DNA from: Candidatus Acidiferrum sp.
GTDB taxonomy: Bacteria; Acidobacteriota; Terriglobia; Acidiferrales; UBA7541
DNA length: 64,000 nucleotides
Direction of reading: 5' to 3'
NCBI GenBank assembly: GCA_035309625.1
Contig: DATGEY010000027.1
Span: 945-64,944, forward strand
Below, piece after piece: positions 9,354 through 20,115 of this stretch; position 1 is the stretch's first letter, and each line of letters opens with the position of its first letter. A model generated the notes under the pieces. The model ran no database searches and had not been told where the DNA came from. It saw only the letters and a list, made by a program, of their open reading frames with translations. The translations under genes and the position numbers were made by a program.

Positions 9354-11017
9354 AGGGAGACTCCACGCTTCCAAGGGATGAAATCGTCCTGCGCCAGCAA
9401 CTCCGCCTTGGTGTGCAGCTCGCCACTGGCAGCCTGAATGACGCGTTCCATAATTTCTTCGCCCATTTGTTCGACGCTGCACTCGCCGGAAATTATAGGG
9501 CCGGTATCGATATCGATGATATCCGGCATGCGCCGCGCCAGGTCAGAGTTGGTGGATAGCTTCATAACCGGGGCGATGGGATTGCCGGTGGGAGTGCCGA
9601 GGCCGGTGGTGAACAAAACCAGATTGGCGCCGGCGCCGACTTGCGCGGTGACACACTCGACGTCATTGCCGGGCGTACAGAGCAGGTTGAGACCGGGCTG
9701 CGAGGAATATTCCGGATAATCGAGCACGCCGGTGACCGGAGAGGCGCCGCCTTTCTTGGCTGCCCCTGCGGACTTCATGGCGTCGGTGAGCAAGCCATCG
9801 CGAATATTTCCGGGAGAAGGGTTCATCTCGAAACTGGCGAGCACCGCTTTGGCGCGCGCGGCGTAATCGGTCATCAAGTGCATGAAGCGCTGAGAAGTAC
9901 TGGCGCTGACACAACGATTGATCAGGTCCTGCTCGACGCCGCAGAGCTCGGGGAATTCCGAAAGGATGCCTCGTCCGCCCAGCACGGCCAGAATATCGGC
10001 GACATGGCCGATGGCGGGATTGGCGGAAATGCCGGAAAACCCGTCGGAGCCGCCGCACTTTAGACCTACGCAGAGGTGATTCAACGATGAAGGCCGGCGC
10101 TCCGCTTTGTCGGCCTCCACCAGTCCAAGGAAGGTCTCGCGAATGGCTTGCGCCATCATGGAGGCTTCCGAGGCGCTTTTTTGCTGCTCGAAAATCAGCA
10201 GCGGCTTGCGGAAGTTGCCATCGCGACGCTTGATTTCGTCCTGAAGCATGCTGACCTGCGAGTGCTGGCATCCCAGGCTCAAGACCGTGGCGCCCGCAAT
10301 GTTCGGGTGGTGGATATAGCCGGCGAGCAGCGCGCACAGATTGGCTGCATCTTCGCGGGTGCCTCCGCAACCGCGTTCGTGCAACAAGAACTTTATGCCG
10401 TCGACATTGCGGAAGACGCGCGCCGTAGAGGACGGCGGTTTGTTTTCCGCACGCGACAGGCTGCTGAGTTCTTCACTTCTGCCCTCGCGAAACAGCCGCA
10501 CCATCTCCGCAACCTGGCGGCGATAGATTTGCGGGGCGGCAAAACCGAGCTCTTCCTCGAAGGCTTGCTTGAGAACGGACAGATTGCGGTTTTCGCAGAA
10601 TACCAGGGGGAGCACGATCCAGTAGTTGCGGGTACCGACTTGTCCTTCGGCCCTCGGGTATCCGAGGAACGTGCGGCCACGCCAGCGAGAAACATCGGGC
10701 GGCGACCATTGCGCGGATCTATCGGGTTCGTGAAACGGGGCGGCATCGTGGCGTAGATTGCGGGTGGAAAGAAGGCCGCCGCGCCGCAGCGGCTCCGATG
10801 TGCGGCCGACGAGCACGCCATACATAATGACTTCTCCGCCGGCAGGCAGATCCTTAGTTACGAACTTATGCTTGGCCGGGACGTCGGACAGCAATTGATA
10901 GTCGCTGCCCGCAAAATTCACGGTTTGGCCTTGGCGCAGATCGGTCAGGGCCACCAGAGCATTGTCCCTGGGATCGAGCTGCAAGACGCGGCGCTGAGGT
11001 AGTTTGGCTTCCGGCAT
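9350..11017 (-). CDS. UxaA/GarD-family (altronate dehydratase-like) Fe-dependent dehydratase with N-terminal SAF domain; probably L-fuconate/D-arabinonate dehydratase here
   Basis: DNALVAL/PAKHK SAF domain, GTRNY, GCG, LGC, KCGGSDGFSG, PSPGN, FTTG motifs. Confidence 0.85.
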   Translation of the reverse strand: MPEAKLPQRRVLQLDPRDNALVALTDLRQGQTVNFAGSDYQLLSDVPAKHKFVTKDLPAGGEVIMYGVLVGRTSEPLRRGGLLSTRNLRHDAAPFHEPDRSAQWSPPDVSRWRGRTFLGYPRAEGQVGTRNYWIVLPLVFCENRNLSVLKQAFEEELGFAAPQIYRRQVAEMVRLFREGRSEELSSLSRAENKPPSSTARVFRNVDGIKFLLHERGCGGTREDAANLCALLAGYIHHPNIAGATVLSLGCQHSQVSMLQDEIKRRDGNFRKPLLIFEQQKSASEASMMAQAIRETFLGLVEADKAERRPSSLNHLCVGLKCGGSDGFSGISANPAIGHVADILAVLGGRGILSEFPELCGVEQDLINRCVSASTSQRFMHLMTDYAARAKAVLASFEMNPSPGNIRDGLLTDAMKSAGAAKKGGASPVTGVLDYPEYSSQPGLNLLCTPGNDVECVTAQVGAGANLVLFTTGLGTPTGNPIAPVMKLSTNSDLARRMPDIIDIDTGPIISGECSVEQMGEEIMERVIQAASGELHTKAELLAQDDFIPWKRGVSL

Positions 11018-11077
11018 ACAAAGCGATTTTATATCACGCGGCAGCTGTTTCACGAGCGAACGCCTGGTTGCCAGCGG

Positions 11078-11878
11078 CTAAAGGCGGCGAACGATATTAC
11101 CCAGCGTTCCGATGTTTTCTATGGTGACCCGCACTTCATCACCGTCTTTGAGCCACAGTGGCGGATTCTGCGCCATGCCGACGCCGTGCGGGGTGCCGGT
11201 GAAGATGGCGGTGCCGGGCAATAGCGTTGTGCTTTGGCTGAGGAATGCGATCAGCGCGGGAACGTCGCGCACCATATCACGGGTGTTGCCGTCCTGCATC
11301 ACGCGGCCGTTGACCGCGGTTTGGATGGCGAGGCCGCTGGGATCGGCGATGGAGTCGGGAGTAACCAGACACGGACCGATGGGGGCAAAAGTGTCGAAGC
11401 TCTTGCCACGGCACCATTGGGTGCCGCCCTTCTTCAACTGCCAGTCGCGGGCGCTGACGTCGTTGCCGCAGGTGTAGCCGGCTACGTATTCGAGGGCGCG
11501 CTCGCGGCTCACGTCTTTGCAGGTTTTTCCGATGATGACCACCAGTTCGCCTTCGTAGTCGAGTTCGGTTGTACCGGCCTGCACCGGAATGGCGATCGGT
11601 GCGCCGGGATCCTGCAGGGTGTTCGCGCCCTTTGCAAAGACAACGGGAAAATCTCCGGAGCTCATGCCGACTTCGTCGGCGTGGCGGCGATAGTTTTGGC
11701 CGATGCACCAGATTTGGACCGGGACGACGGGGGCAAGAATTTTGGCGATAGTTGCTGGTTCCGGAGCGGCGCGATTTTGGCCGAACGGATCGCCATCCAG
11801 CCGGAATTGGGCTCCGCCGGGCTGCTCCGCGGCGTATTGCACTTTCCCAGCGTGATCGAGATAGCGAATGATCTTCAT
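11078..11878 (-). CDS. Fumarylacetoacetate hydrolase family protein (probable 2,4-diketo-3-deoxy-L-fuconate hydrolase)
   Basis: CIGQNY..H, DYEGEL, NDVSARD, KSFDTFAPIGP, TGTP motifs. Confidence 0.88.
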   Translation of the reverse strand: MKIIRYLDHAGKVQYAAEQPGGAQFRLDGDPFGQNRAAPEPATIAKILAPVVPVQIWCIGQNYRRHADEVGMSSGDFPVVFAKGANTLQDPGAPIAIPVQAGTTELDYEGELVVIIGKTCKDVSRERALEYVAGYTCGNDVSARDWQLKKGGTQWCRGKSFDTFAPIGPCLVTPDSIADPSGLAIQTAVNGRVMQDGNTRDMVRDVPALIAFLSQSTTLLPGTAIFTGTPHGVGMAQNPPLWLKDGDEVRVTIENIGTLGNIVRRL

Positions 11879-11894
11879 GTTCCAGGAATTGACC

Positions 11895-12140
11895 TCAATG
11901 GCTGGAAGAACGCGGAGGTTGTGGGGACTTTTCCGCCGGCGCTTCTGCTCTCGCGCCCAGTCGGCTCAGCACAAACATCAGCGCGCCAAACGCCAGGAGC
12001 ACGACGCCCCAGAGGAGATTGATGTTGACGCCCAAGGACTGGCGGTAGAGGGACGGATCGCTCCGCAGGCCGTAAACGGTGAGGATGGAGCCCAACAGCA
12101 GAAACAAAAGGCCCAGCGGAAAGCGGATGTCGATTCCCAT
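11895..12140 (-). CDS. Small two-helix membrane protein, companion of the SSS symporter
   Basis: DIRFPLG...NINLLWG with two hydrophobic segments; starts 10 bp after the symporter stop. Confidence 0.75.
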   Translation of the reverse strand: MGIDIRFPLGLLFLLLGSILTVYGLRSDPSLYRQSLGVNINLLWGVVLLAFGALMFVLSRLGARAEAPAEKSPQPPRSSSH

Positions 12141-12149
12141 CAGGTTCTC

Positions 12150-13934
12150 CTACCAGAAAATGATATTCAGGAGCACGGTGCCAGCCAACACCATGATCGC
12201 CAGTGAGGCTGGTCTGGCATACCAAGCCATTGGCTCTTCTTCGGGCTTGGGCGTAAGCGAATAGACCAGGCCCACCAGCTTGCTCTCGTCGGGGGCGCGG
12301 GTGGCCAGGCTCACGACGATGGTGACAACGAAGCAGGTGCTCCAGGCACAAATCGCGGTCCAGAAGTTCTGGGCCATCTCGCTGGGATAAATGTGCGTTA
12401 CGGCAAGCCAGCCGCCTTTGATGCCAACAATGGCGCCAGCCGGAAGGGTCAGGCCGTGATGAATGGCAGCGGCCGCCGTTCCAGCGAGCAGACCTGTGAA
12501 GGCGCCGTGACCGGTAGTGCGCTTCCAGAACATGCCGAGCAAAAAGGTGGCGAAGAGCGGCGCGTTCACGAAGGCAAACACCAACTGCAGCATGTCCATA
12601 ATATTGTTGAAGTGATTGGCCATGTAGGCGGCGGCGATGGAAAACGCGATGCCAAAGACGGTGGAAACGCGACCCATCCAAAGGTAGTGCGCGTCGGTCG
12701 CGCCGGGCTTGATGTAGGACTGATAGATGTCGTAGGTCCAGACAGTGTTGAAGGCGGTGACGTTGCCGGCCATACCCGACATAAAGCTGGCCAGCAGCGC
12801 GGTGAGTCCCAGGCCGAGCATGCCCGGCGGGAAATAATGCAGCAGCATGCTGGGCACCGCGAGATCGTAGTCCAGCTGCGGCTTGCCGTCTTTGTCCAGC
12901 ATGGGCTTACCGGAATTGGCGTCCACCTTAAAAGGGATGATTCCTTGCCCCGGCGGCTCCGCGCTCACCACTACACGAGCGTGCGGAGGAACGGCAGGCT
13001 GCGTGGGGAGGGCGATGGCAATCAGGCCCGGCAGTATGACCAAAAAAGGAAACAACATTTTGGGGAATGCGCCGATGAGCGGAGTGCGGCGCGCGGCGCT
13101 CATGGACTTGGCGGCCATGGCGCGCTGCACGACCAGAAAATCAGTGCACCAGTAGCCAAAGGAAAGCACGAAGCCCAGGCCCATCACCAGGCCGAACCAT
13201 TCCACACCGAGCCGGTTGGTGTTGGCGTGGCTCATGCCGGCCCATGAGTGCGTGTAGCTTGCGCCCAGCGTCGCTTTCAGTCCAGACCAGCCGCCGACAT
13301 TTTTCAATCCTAAATAGCTGAGCGGCAGAAAGCCAGCCACGATCAAAAAGAATTGCAGCACTTCGTTGTAGATGGCGCTCGATAGACCGCCTAAAAATGT
13401 ATAGACGAGCACCACGATGGCGGAGATCACGATGGCGAAATCAAAAATCCAGGAACTGTTGAGCCCCAGGCGCTGAAAGACCCCGTCGAACACGTGCAGG
13501 GTTTGAATCAGCTTGGCGATGGCGTACATGGAGATGCCGGAGGAGAAAACGGTCATGATGGCGAAGGAGATGGCGTTGAGGCCGCGCGTTTTTTCGTCGA
13601 AGCGCAGGCGCAGATATTCGGGCACGGAGCGCGCGCGCGAGCCGTAGTAAAAGGGCATCATGAAGATGCCGACGAAGACCATCGCGGGGATCGCGCCAAT
13701 CCAGTAAAAGTGCGAGGTAGCGATGCCGTACTTCGCTCCGGAAGCGCCCATGCCGATGACTTCCTGAGCCCCGAGATTGGCGGACATGAAAGCCAGACCG
13801 CAGACCCAGGCGGGAATGGCGCGGCCGGCCAGAAAAAAATCCGTGCTGGTTTTCATCGAGCCCTTTAAGGCCACACCGATGCCCAGCACGAAGGCGAAAT
13901 ATACGCCCAGGATCAGCCAGTCGATTCCCGTCAT
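12150..13934 (-). CDS. Sodium:solute symporter (SSS family sugar cotransporter)
   Basis: DFFLAGR, SANLGAQEV, YWCTDFLVVQR, ASFMSGMAGN; ATG at 13934. Confidence 0.9.
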   Translation of the reverse strand: MTGIDWLILGVYFAFVLGIGVALKGSMKTSTDFFLAGRAIPAWVCGLAFMSANLGAQEVIGMGASGAKYGIATSHFYWIGAIPAMVFVGIFMMPFYYGSRARSVPEYLRLRFDEKTRGLNAISFAIMTVFSSGISMYAIAKLIQTLHVFDGVFQRLGLNSSWIFDFAIVISAIVVLVYTFLGGLSSAIYNEVLQFFLIVAGFLPLSYLGLKNVGGWSGLKATLGASYTHSWAGMSHANTNRLGVEWFGLVMGLGFVLSFGYWCTDFLVVQRAMAAKSMSAARRTPLIGAFPKMLFPFLVILPGLIAIALPTQPAVPPHARVVVSAEPPGQGIIPFKVDANSGKPMLDKDGKPQLDYDLAVPSMLLHYFPPGMLGLGLTALLASFMSGMAGNVTAFNTVWTYDIYQSYIKPGATDAHYLWMGRVSTVFGIAFSIAAAYMANHFNNIMDMLQLVFAFVNAPLFATFLLGMFWKRTTGHGAFTGLLAGTAAAAIHHGLTLPAGAIVGIKGGWLAVTHIYPSEMAQNFWTAICAWSTCFVVTIVVSLATRAPDESKLVGLVYSLTPKPEEEPMAWYARPASLAIMVLAGTVLLNIIFW

Positions 13935-14091
13935 CCTGAATGGCTCCTTCCATTCACTTGCTCTGCGATTTCGATGGAGGCGCGCTGCTCGCAAGAAAAT
14001 GGGCGATTGCGAACTTCGGAGCGTACATGAGAGCAGAGACTGCCGCAAGCACTTGTGCAGGTTCGCTCAAGCGGGCGGCCAGATTTTTGGT

Positions 14092-14121
14092 TTGACAAGC
14101 ACGCTGGCCCGCTCTTATGTT
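14092..14121 (+). promoter_or_regulatory. Possible sigma70 promoter for the iorAB-like operon
   Basis: TTGACA (14092-14097), 18-nt spacer, TATGTT (14116-14121). Confidence 0.35.
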
Positions 14122-14192
14122 CGGAGTTGTCGGAAGAATCCAGTTTTGCCCAGATGTATGCACACGGCGACTTTTTCTTTCAGGACTCGAAT

Positions 14193-14708
14193 ATGCCATA
14201 CAAACTGACAGTGAATGGACGGCCTGCCACGGTGGACGCTCCCGCGGACATGCCGCTCTTGTGGGTGATACGCGACGTACTGAATCTGCGCGGCACGAAA
14301 TACGGTTGCGGAATCGGTTTCTGCGGCGCTTGCACGGTGCACATTGGCGGACGCGCGGTGCGATCCTGCCAGACGCCGGTGGCAGCCGCCGACAACGCCA
14401 AGATCACCACCATTGAAGGGCTGTCGGCGGACGGCTCACACCCTGTACAGATCGCGTGGGCGGAAGTCGATGTGCCGCAGTGCGGCTACTGCCAGGCGGG
14501 GCAGATGATGTCCGCCGCGGCGTTGCTGGCCAAGACGCCCAAGCCGACGGACCAGGACATTGACGCGGCTATGAATGGAAACATCTGCCGCTGCGGGACG
14601 TACCTCCGCATCCGGCAGGCGATTCACAAGGCGGCTGCCCTGGCGGCGAGCCGGCTAGCGCGTGCTGCCCATGCGATGAACAGCAGCGGCATTTCAGGTT
14701 TGGAGTAA
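14193..14708 (+). CDS. (2Fe-2S)-binding small subunit, IorA/CoxS family
   Basis: [20 protein letters not shown] and NICRCGTY Cys motifs. Confidence 0.92.
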   Translation: MPYKLTVNGRPATVDAPADMPLLWVIRDVLNLRGTKYGCGIGFCGACTVHIGGRAVRSCQTPVAAADNAKITTIEGLSADGSHPVQIAWAEVDVPQCGYCQAGQMMSAAALLAKTPKPTDQDIDAAMNGNICRCGTYLRIRQAIHKAAALAASRLARAAHAMNSSGISGLE

Positions 14709-14718
14709 GGAGGCGCAA

Positions 14719-16959
14719 ATGGCTAGTGCATCGATTTCCAGTGTGATTGGGCGTCGCTCCTTTCTTCGCGTAAGCGCGGTCGCAGGCGGAGGCTTGCTGC
14801 TGTCGGCTTACATCGATCCAAAAGTGTTTGGGCAGGCACCGCAGGGGCCGCCACCGGCGAATCTGGCGCCCAACGCGTTCATCCGCATCGCGCCGGACGG
14901 AATTGTAACCATCACCGCGAAGAATCCGGAGATCGGGCAAGGCATCAAGACCATGCTGCCCATGCTGATCGCCGAAGAACTGGATGTTGACTGGAAGGAT
15001 GTGCGCACCGAACAAGCAGACGTGAATTACGCGAAGTATGGTTTGCAAGTCGCGGGTGGCAGCACCGCGACACCCAACAATTGGGATCCGATGCGGCGCA
15101 TTGGCGCAGCGGGGCGGCAGATGCTGGTCACCGCCGCTGCGCAAGCTTGGGGCGTACCGGAATCGGAATGCAGCACGTCTTCCGGACGCGTGTATCACGA
15201 ATCGTCGCAGCTCTCGCTTGGCTACGGCAACCTGGCGGCGAAGGCCGCTACCTTGCCGCCGCCCGATCTGCAAACCGTGCATTTGAAAGATCCCAAGGAT
15301 TACAAAATCATCGGCAAGGCCACGCCGCAAGTGGACAACGCGGCGATTTTGACGGGCAAACCGCTCTTCGGCATCGATTTCACCATGCCCGGAATGCTTT
15401 GGGCCGTTTTCGAGAAGTGCCCGGTGTTCGCGGGACGAGTCATTAGCGCGAATGTCGACGAGATCAGAGGAATGCCTGGCGTGCGTCACGCTTTCGTGGT
15501 CGAGGGCGGCAGCGACCTCACCGGACTGCTTTGCGGCGTCGCGATTGTGGCGGACAGTTGGTGGCAGGCGCGCACCGCGCGGCAAAAGCTGCAGGTGAAG
15601 TGGGACGAAGGCAAGACCGCGCAACAGAGCAGCGAGGGATTCGCGCGCCATGCGGAGGAGTTGGCCAAGCAGCCCCCGGCGCGATCGCTTCGCAAGGATG
15701 GCGATGTCGAGGCTGCGTTGAAGAACGCACCGAAAGTGGTTGAGGCTTACTACTCTTATCCCTTTATCGCGCACGCTCCGCTCGAACCGCAGAATTGCAC
15801 CGCACATTACCGGGACGGCAAGCTGGAAATGTGGGTGCCCAGTCAAACGCCACAGCGCGGGCTACCCCAGGTGGCCAAGACGCTGGGTATCAGCGAGAAG
15901 GACATCACCATTCACCTGACCCGCATGGGCGGCGGCTTCGGTCGCCGGCTGACGAACGACTATATGATTGAGGGCGCGTGGATCTCCAAAGCTATCGGTG
16001 CGCCGGTAAAACTTTTGTGGACGCGCGAAGATGACATGCGCCACGACTTTTACCGCCCCGCGGGTTATCACTCGCTGAAAGCGGGACTCGACGCCAACGG
16101 CAACCTGATCGCCTGGCGCAATCACTTCATTTCGTTTGGCGAAGGCGATCGCTTCGCCTCCGCCGCAGGGATTTCTCCCGACGAATTTCCCGCCCGCTTC
16201 GTGCCCAGCTTCGCCATGGACAATTCGCTGATGGCCTCGGGCATTCCCACCGGCGCTATGCGCGCCCCCGGGAGCAATGGCATTGCCTTCGTAATGCAGT
16301 CGTTTATCGACGAACTGGCGCACGCCGCGGGCAAGGATCCGGTGCAATTCCGCCTTGCCTTGCTGAAAAGCGAACCGCTAGCGTTCACTGCGCCCGAGGG
16401 CGTTCCGGCCGGCGCGCCGCCTCCTCCCCTGTTCAACGCGCAGCGCATGCGCGGCGTACTCGAACTCGTCGCCGAAAAATCGGGCTGGGGCTCGCGCACT
16501 TTGCCGAAAGACACGGCCATGGGCGTGGCCTTCCACTTCAGCCACCGCGGACACTTCGCTGAAGTGGCGGAGGTGCATCTCGCGCCGGGCAACAAGATCC
16601 GCGTCAGCAAGGTCTGGGTGGCGGGCGACGTGGGTAGCCAAATTATCAATCCCAGCGGCGCGCTGAACGAAGTGCAGGGCGCGGTCATCGAAGGGCTCAG
16701 CCACTTGATGGGCTACGAAATCGTGATCGATCGCGGCCGCGCGATGCAGAGCAATTTCAACGAATACCCGCCGGTGCGCCTGACGCAGGCCCCGCCGGAC
16801 ATTGAAGTTCACTTCCTGAAGACCGACAACTCGCCGACCGGATTGGGCGAACCGGCGCTGCCTCCGGTGCTGCCAGCCGTATGCAACGCGCTCTTCACGC
16901 TAACCGGCAAGCGCATCCGCACGCTGCCGCTGGCCAAGCAAGGCTATTCCTGGGCGTAG
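14719..16959 (+). CDS. Xanthine dehydrogenase family molybdopterin-binding subunit (IorB-like), Tat-exported
   Basis: GRRSFL Tat signal; EIGQG, AGGS, HAPLEP, GGGFGRR, WTREDD, GLGEP motifs. Confidence 0.92.
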   Translation: MASASISSVIGRRSFLRVSAVAGGGLLLSAYIDPKVFGQAPQGPPPANLAPNAFIRIAPDGIVTITAKNPEIGQGIKTMLPMLIAEELDVDWKDVRTEQADVNYAKYGLQVAGGSTATPNNWDPMRRIGAAGRQMLVTAAAQAWGVPESECSTSSGRVYHESSQLSLGYGNLAAKAATLPPPDLQTVHLKDPKDYKIIGKATPQVDNAAILTGKPLFGIDFTMPGMLWAVFEKCPVFAGRVISANVDEIRGMPGVRHAFVVEGGSDLTGLLCGVAIVADSWWQARTARQKLQVKWDEGKTAQQSSEGFARHAEELAKQPPARSLRKDGDVEAALKNAPKVVEAYYSYPFIAHAPLEPQNCTAHYRDGKLEMWVPSQTPQRGLPQVAKTLGISEKDITIHLTRMGGGFGRRLTNDYMIEGAWISKAIGAPVKLLWTREDDMRHDFYRPAGYHSLKAGLDANGNLIAWRNHFISFGEGDRFASAAGISPDEFPARFVPSFAMDNSLMASGIPTGAMRAPGSNGIAFVMQSFIDELAHAAGKDPVQFRLALLKSEPLAFTAPEGVPAGAPPPPLFNAQRMRGVLELVAEKSGWGSRTLPKDTAMGVAFHFSHRGHFAEVAEVHLAPGNKIRVSKVWVAGDVGSQIINPSGALNEVQGAVIEGLSHLMGYEIVIDRGRAMQSNFNEYPPVRLTQAPPDIEVHFLKTDNSPTGLGEPALPPVLPAVCNALFTLTGKRIRTLPLAKQGYSWA

Positions 16960-17085
16960 ATAACTTTCCACAAATTACCGGCGCGCCTTCACGCCGCGTT
17001 CTGCGCTGGAAGCCGGCCGGCACAGCAACCGCAAGACGCGCGATGTGCTCTTGTGGGATACTCCCGGTGCTTTAGCGCTGTTCTC

Positions 17086-18393
17086 ATGAAAACCGCGGAG
17101 GACCGTCTCACGGAACGAATTTCGCAGGTGCCGCGCCGCCGATGGGGAATCGCGTTGCTCCTCGGCTTCGGCGTGTTGGTCAATTATTTCGACCGCGTGA
17201 ACCTTTCCGTCTCCCGGGATGCGCTACAGGACGCCTTCGGAATCTCGGCGGTGATGTTCGGCTATCTTGCGAGCGCTTACAACTGGACCTACGCTCTGCT
17301 CCAACTTCCTTCCGGACTATTGCTCGATCGCTTTGGCGTCCGCCGGGTCGGCATCATCAGCACGGTTATTTGGAGCGTGGCGTCCTTTGCCGCTGCTCTC
17401 TCCGGCGGAATCGGCGCATTGTTCGCCGCGCGGCTGCTCTTAGGAATCGGTGAAGCCCCGACCTTTCCGGCGTATTCGAAAGCCACCGGCTACTGGTTTC
17501 CCAAGGACGAACGCAGCGGTGCGACCGCGGTGTTCGACGCCGGCGCCAAATTTTCCTCGGCCATCGGCATCCCGATACTGGGGGTGGTGCTGCTACATTT
17601 CGGCTGGCGCTGGAATTTTGCCGCCACCGGCTTGATCAGCGTATTGTTCCTTGCACTGTTTTACGCTTTCTATCGCAACCCCAGCGAAGACAAACTTCTT
17701 TCCGGCAGCGAGCGCGAATACATTGCGCGCGGCGGCGCACAACCCGAAGATCGCCTACGAGCCGAAAAAGGGGCGCCGCTCTTATATCTGTTGCGACAAC
17801 GCTCGGTCTGGGGCCTCACACTGGGCTTCGCTTCCTATAATTACAGCTTCTATCTGCTGCTAAGCTGGCTTCCAAGTTATCTTTCTTCGACTCATCACAT
17901 CGATCTGCTGCATTCCGCGCTGTACACCAGCGTCCCCTGGTTGATCGCCACGGCAACGAATCTGGCGGTTGGAGGGTGGCTGGTGGATGCACTCATCCAA
18001 CGAGGCAGAAACCCGGTTCGCGTGCGGCAGGCGATCCTGATAGGGGGAACCGCTTTAGGGCTGGGAATTCTAGGCGCCGCCAACGCGCACAGCGCTTCCG
18101 CCGCGCTGTTCTGGATCAGCATCTCGATCGGAGGCTTGGCCGCGGCATCGCCGGTGGGTTGGTCCATTCCTTCGCTCATCGCCCCACGCGAGAGCGTCGG
18201 TACGCTCGGAGGAATTCTGAATTTTGGGAATCAACTTGCCGGAATCGCCGCGCCCATTGCCACCGGATACATTGTGCAGGCCACGCATTCTTTCTTTTGG
18301 GCCTTCGCCGCCGCGGGCATGGTTCTGATCATCGGAATCGCCGCCTATGTGTTCTTGTTGGGTTCCATGGCGCCAGTACCGGAGCCCGCGTGA
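17086..18393 (+). CDS. MFS transporter, ACS family (D-galactonate transporter-like)
   Basis: NYFDRVNLS, GEAPTFP, WFPKDER, YFLLSWLPSYL-like motifs. Confidence 0.87.
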   Translation: MKTAEDRLTERISQVPRRRWGIALLLGFGVLVNYFDRVNLSVSRDALQDAFGISAVMFGYLASAYNWTYALLQLPSGLLLDRFGVRRVGIISTVIWSVASFAAALSGGIGALFAARLLLGIGEAPTFPAYSKATGYWFPKDERSGATAVFDAGAKFSSAIGIPILGVVLLHFGWRWNFAATGLISVLFLALFYAFYRNPSEDKLLSGSEREYIARGGAQPEDRLRAEKGAPLLYLLRQRSVWGLTLGFASYNYSFYLLLSWLPSYLSSTHHIDLLHSALYTSVPWLIATATNLAVGGWLVDALIQRGRNPVRVRQAILIGGTALGLGILGAANAHSASAALFWISISIGGLAAASPVGWSIPSLIAPRESVGTLGGILNFGNQLAGIAAPIATGYIVQATHSFFWAFAAAGMVLIIGIAAYVFLLGSMAPVPEPA

Positions 18394-18489
18394 TGATCGC
18401 GATTCCCCGTGCCGCTGAAGAAGGCGCACTCGTTCCGGCATTCACATCAACGTGCAAATATCGTATCGGAAAGTAAGAGTGGCGCGACC

Positions 18490-19983
18490 TTAGAACTTTC
18501 GCGTTTCCTGGCGCGACCAGCGCTCGATTACCACTTTGGATTCCGTATAGAACTCCACCGCATCTTTGCCCTGCCCATGGAGAATTCCAAAAAAGCTGTC
18601 CTTCCAGCCGCTGAACGGGAAGTACGCCATCGGTGCGGCGACCCCGATATTGATCCCGACGTTCCCCGCCGGCGCTTCGTAGCGGAAGCGGCGGGCCGCA
18701 GCACCGCTGGTGGTGAATAGCGAAGCTTGATTGCCGTACGGGCTGCGCGCCAAAAACTGCAGGGCGTCGTCCATGGAACTGGCGTGAATCAGGCTGAGTA
18801 CCGGGCCAAAAATCTCCGTTCCCGCCACCTCGCTCGACGCTGGCAATCCATCCAGCACCGTCGGCTTCACAAAGTTGCCGCGCTCGTGCCTGGGAATCTG
18901 CGCAGCTCGGCCATCCACAATAGCTTTCGCGCCATCTTCGACGCCCCTGCCGATCAGAGATTCAATGCGCTGTTTGCTGTCGCGCGTGATCACCGGACCC
19001 ATTTGGGTTCCGCTGTCCAGTCCGTTGCCAACGCGAATGGCGGAAGCCGAGGCAGCGATGGAATCACGAAAGGTTTTCTGCGCATCGCCGACGGTCACGG
19101 CGACAGAAACCGCCAGGCAGCGCTGCCCGGCGCAGCCGAAAGCGCTGTCACTGATGATTTGGGTGGCCAGATCCATATCGGCGTCAGGGAGCACGATGAC
19201 GTGATTCTTGGCCCCGCCCTGGCACTGCATGCGCTTGCCGCTCGCTGCGGCACGCACGTAGACGTGTTTGGCCACCGGAGTGGATCCGACAAAGCTGATG
19301 GCGCGTACGCCGGGATGATCGCAGAGCGCGTCCACCACTTCACGGCCGCCGTTCACCAGGTTCACGACGCCTTTGGGAATTCCCGTTTGTTCGATCAACT
19401 CGATGGCGCGCCGCATGGTTACCGGCACGCGCTCCGAAGGCTTCATCACCAGCGTATTTCCGCAGGCGATGGCGTAAGGCAGGAACCAGAAGGGCACCAT
19501 GAGCGGAAAATTAAACGGAGTGATCGCGGCCACCACACCGAGCGGCTGGCGCACCATCATCTCGTCCACGCCGGGCGTCACATCTTCCAGGTTGTACCCC
19601 TGCATCATCATGGGAATGCCGCAAGCAACTTCCACGTTCTCGATGGCGCGGCGCATCTCCGCCTTAGCTTCCGCGAAAGTCTTTCCATTTTCCACGGTGA
19701 TCAGCCTCGAGAGTTCATCGAGGTGCGCCTCAAAAAGGTTCTTGAGCTTGAACAGGTATTGAATGCGCTCCCCGGGTGGAGTGCGGCGCCAAGCCGGGAA
19801 TGCCGCAGCGGCAGCCTGCACCGCGGCATCTACATCCGCCTTAGTCGAAAGCGGCGTGCGCGTGAGCACTTCCGCGGTCGCGGGATTGACGACCTCGACA
19901 AACTCGGTTCCCGCCGACGCCCGCCACGCTCCGCTCACATAATTCTGAAGCTGGGGCTCGTGCATGGTAGTGGCACTGCTCAT
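18490..19983 (-). CDS. mmsA: CoA-acylating methylmalonate/malonate-semialdehyde dehydrogenase
   Basis: [44 protein letters not shown] motifs. Confidence 0.9.
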   Translation of the reverse strand: MSSATTMHEPQLQNYVSGAWRASAGTEFVEVVNPATAEVLTRTPLSTKADVDAAVQAAAAAFPAWRRTPPGERIQYLFKLKNLFEAHLDELSRLITVENGKTFAEAKAEMRRAIENVEVACGIPMMMQGYNLEDVTPGVDEMMVRQPLGVVAAITPFNFPLMVPFWFLPYAIACGNTLVMKPSERVPVTMRRAIELIEQTGIPKGVVNLVNGGREVVDALCDHPGVRAISFVGSTPVAKHVYVRAAASGKRMQCQGGAKNHVIVLPDADMDLATQIISDSAFGCAGQRCLAVSVAVTVGDAQKTFRDSIAASASAIRVGNGLDSGTQMGPVITRDSKQRIESLIGRGVEDGAKAIVDGRAAQIPRHERGNFVKPTVLDGLPASSEVAGTEIFGPVLSLIHASSMDDALQFLARSPYGNQASLFTTSGAAARRFRYEAPAGNVGINIGVAAPMAYFPFSGWKDSFFGILHGQGKDAVEFYTESKVVIERWSRQETRKF

Positions 19984-20115
19984 AATTGCTCCTGCTCTGC
20001 TCGCTTAAGGCGCGAAATGAACGTGCGTTTTTGGCCGCCGCAACGCGCCCTCACGCACTAGGTTAACAAACTTACGTAAGGTTGAACACGCACCGCGAGG
20101 GAACCGAGCACTCTT

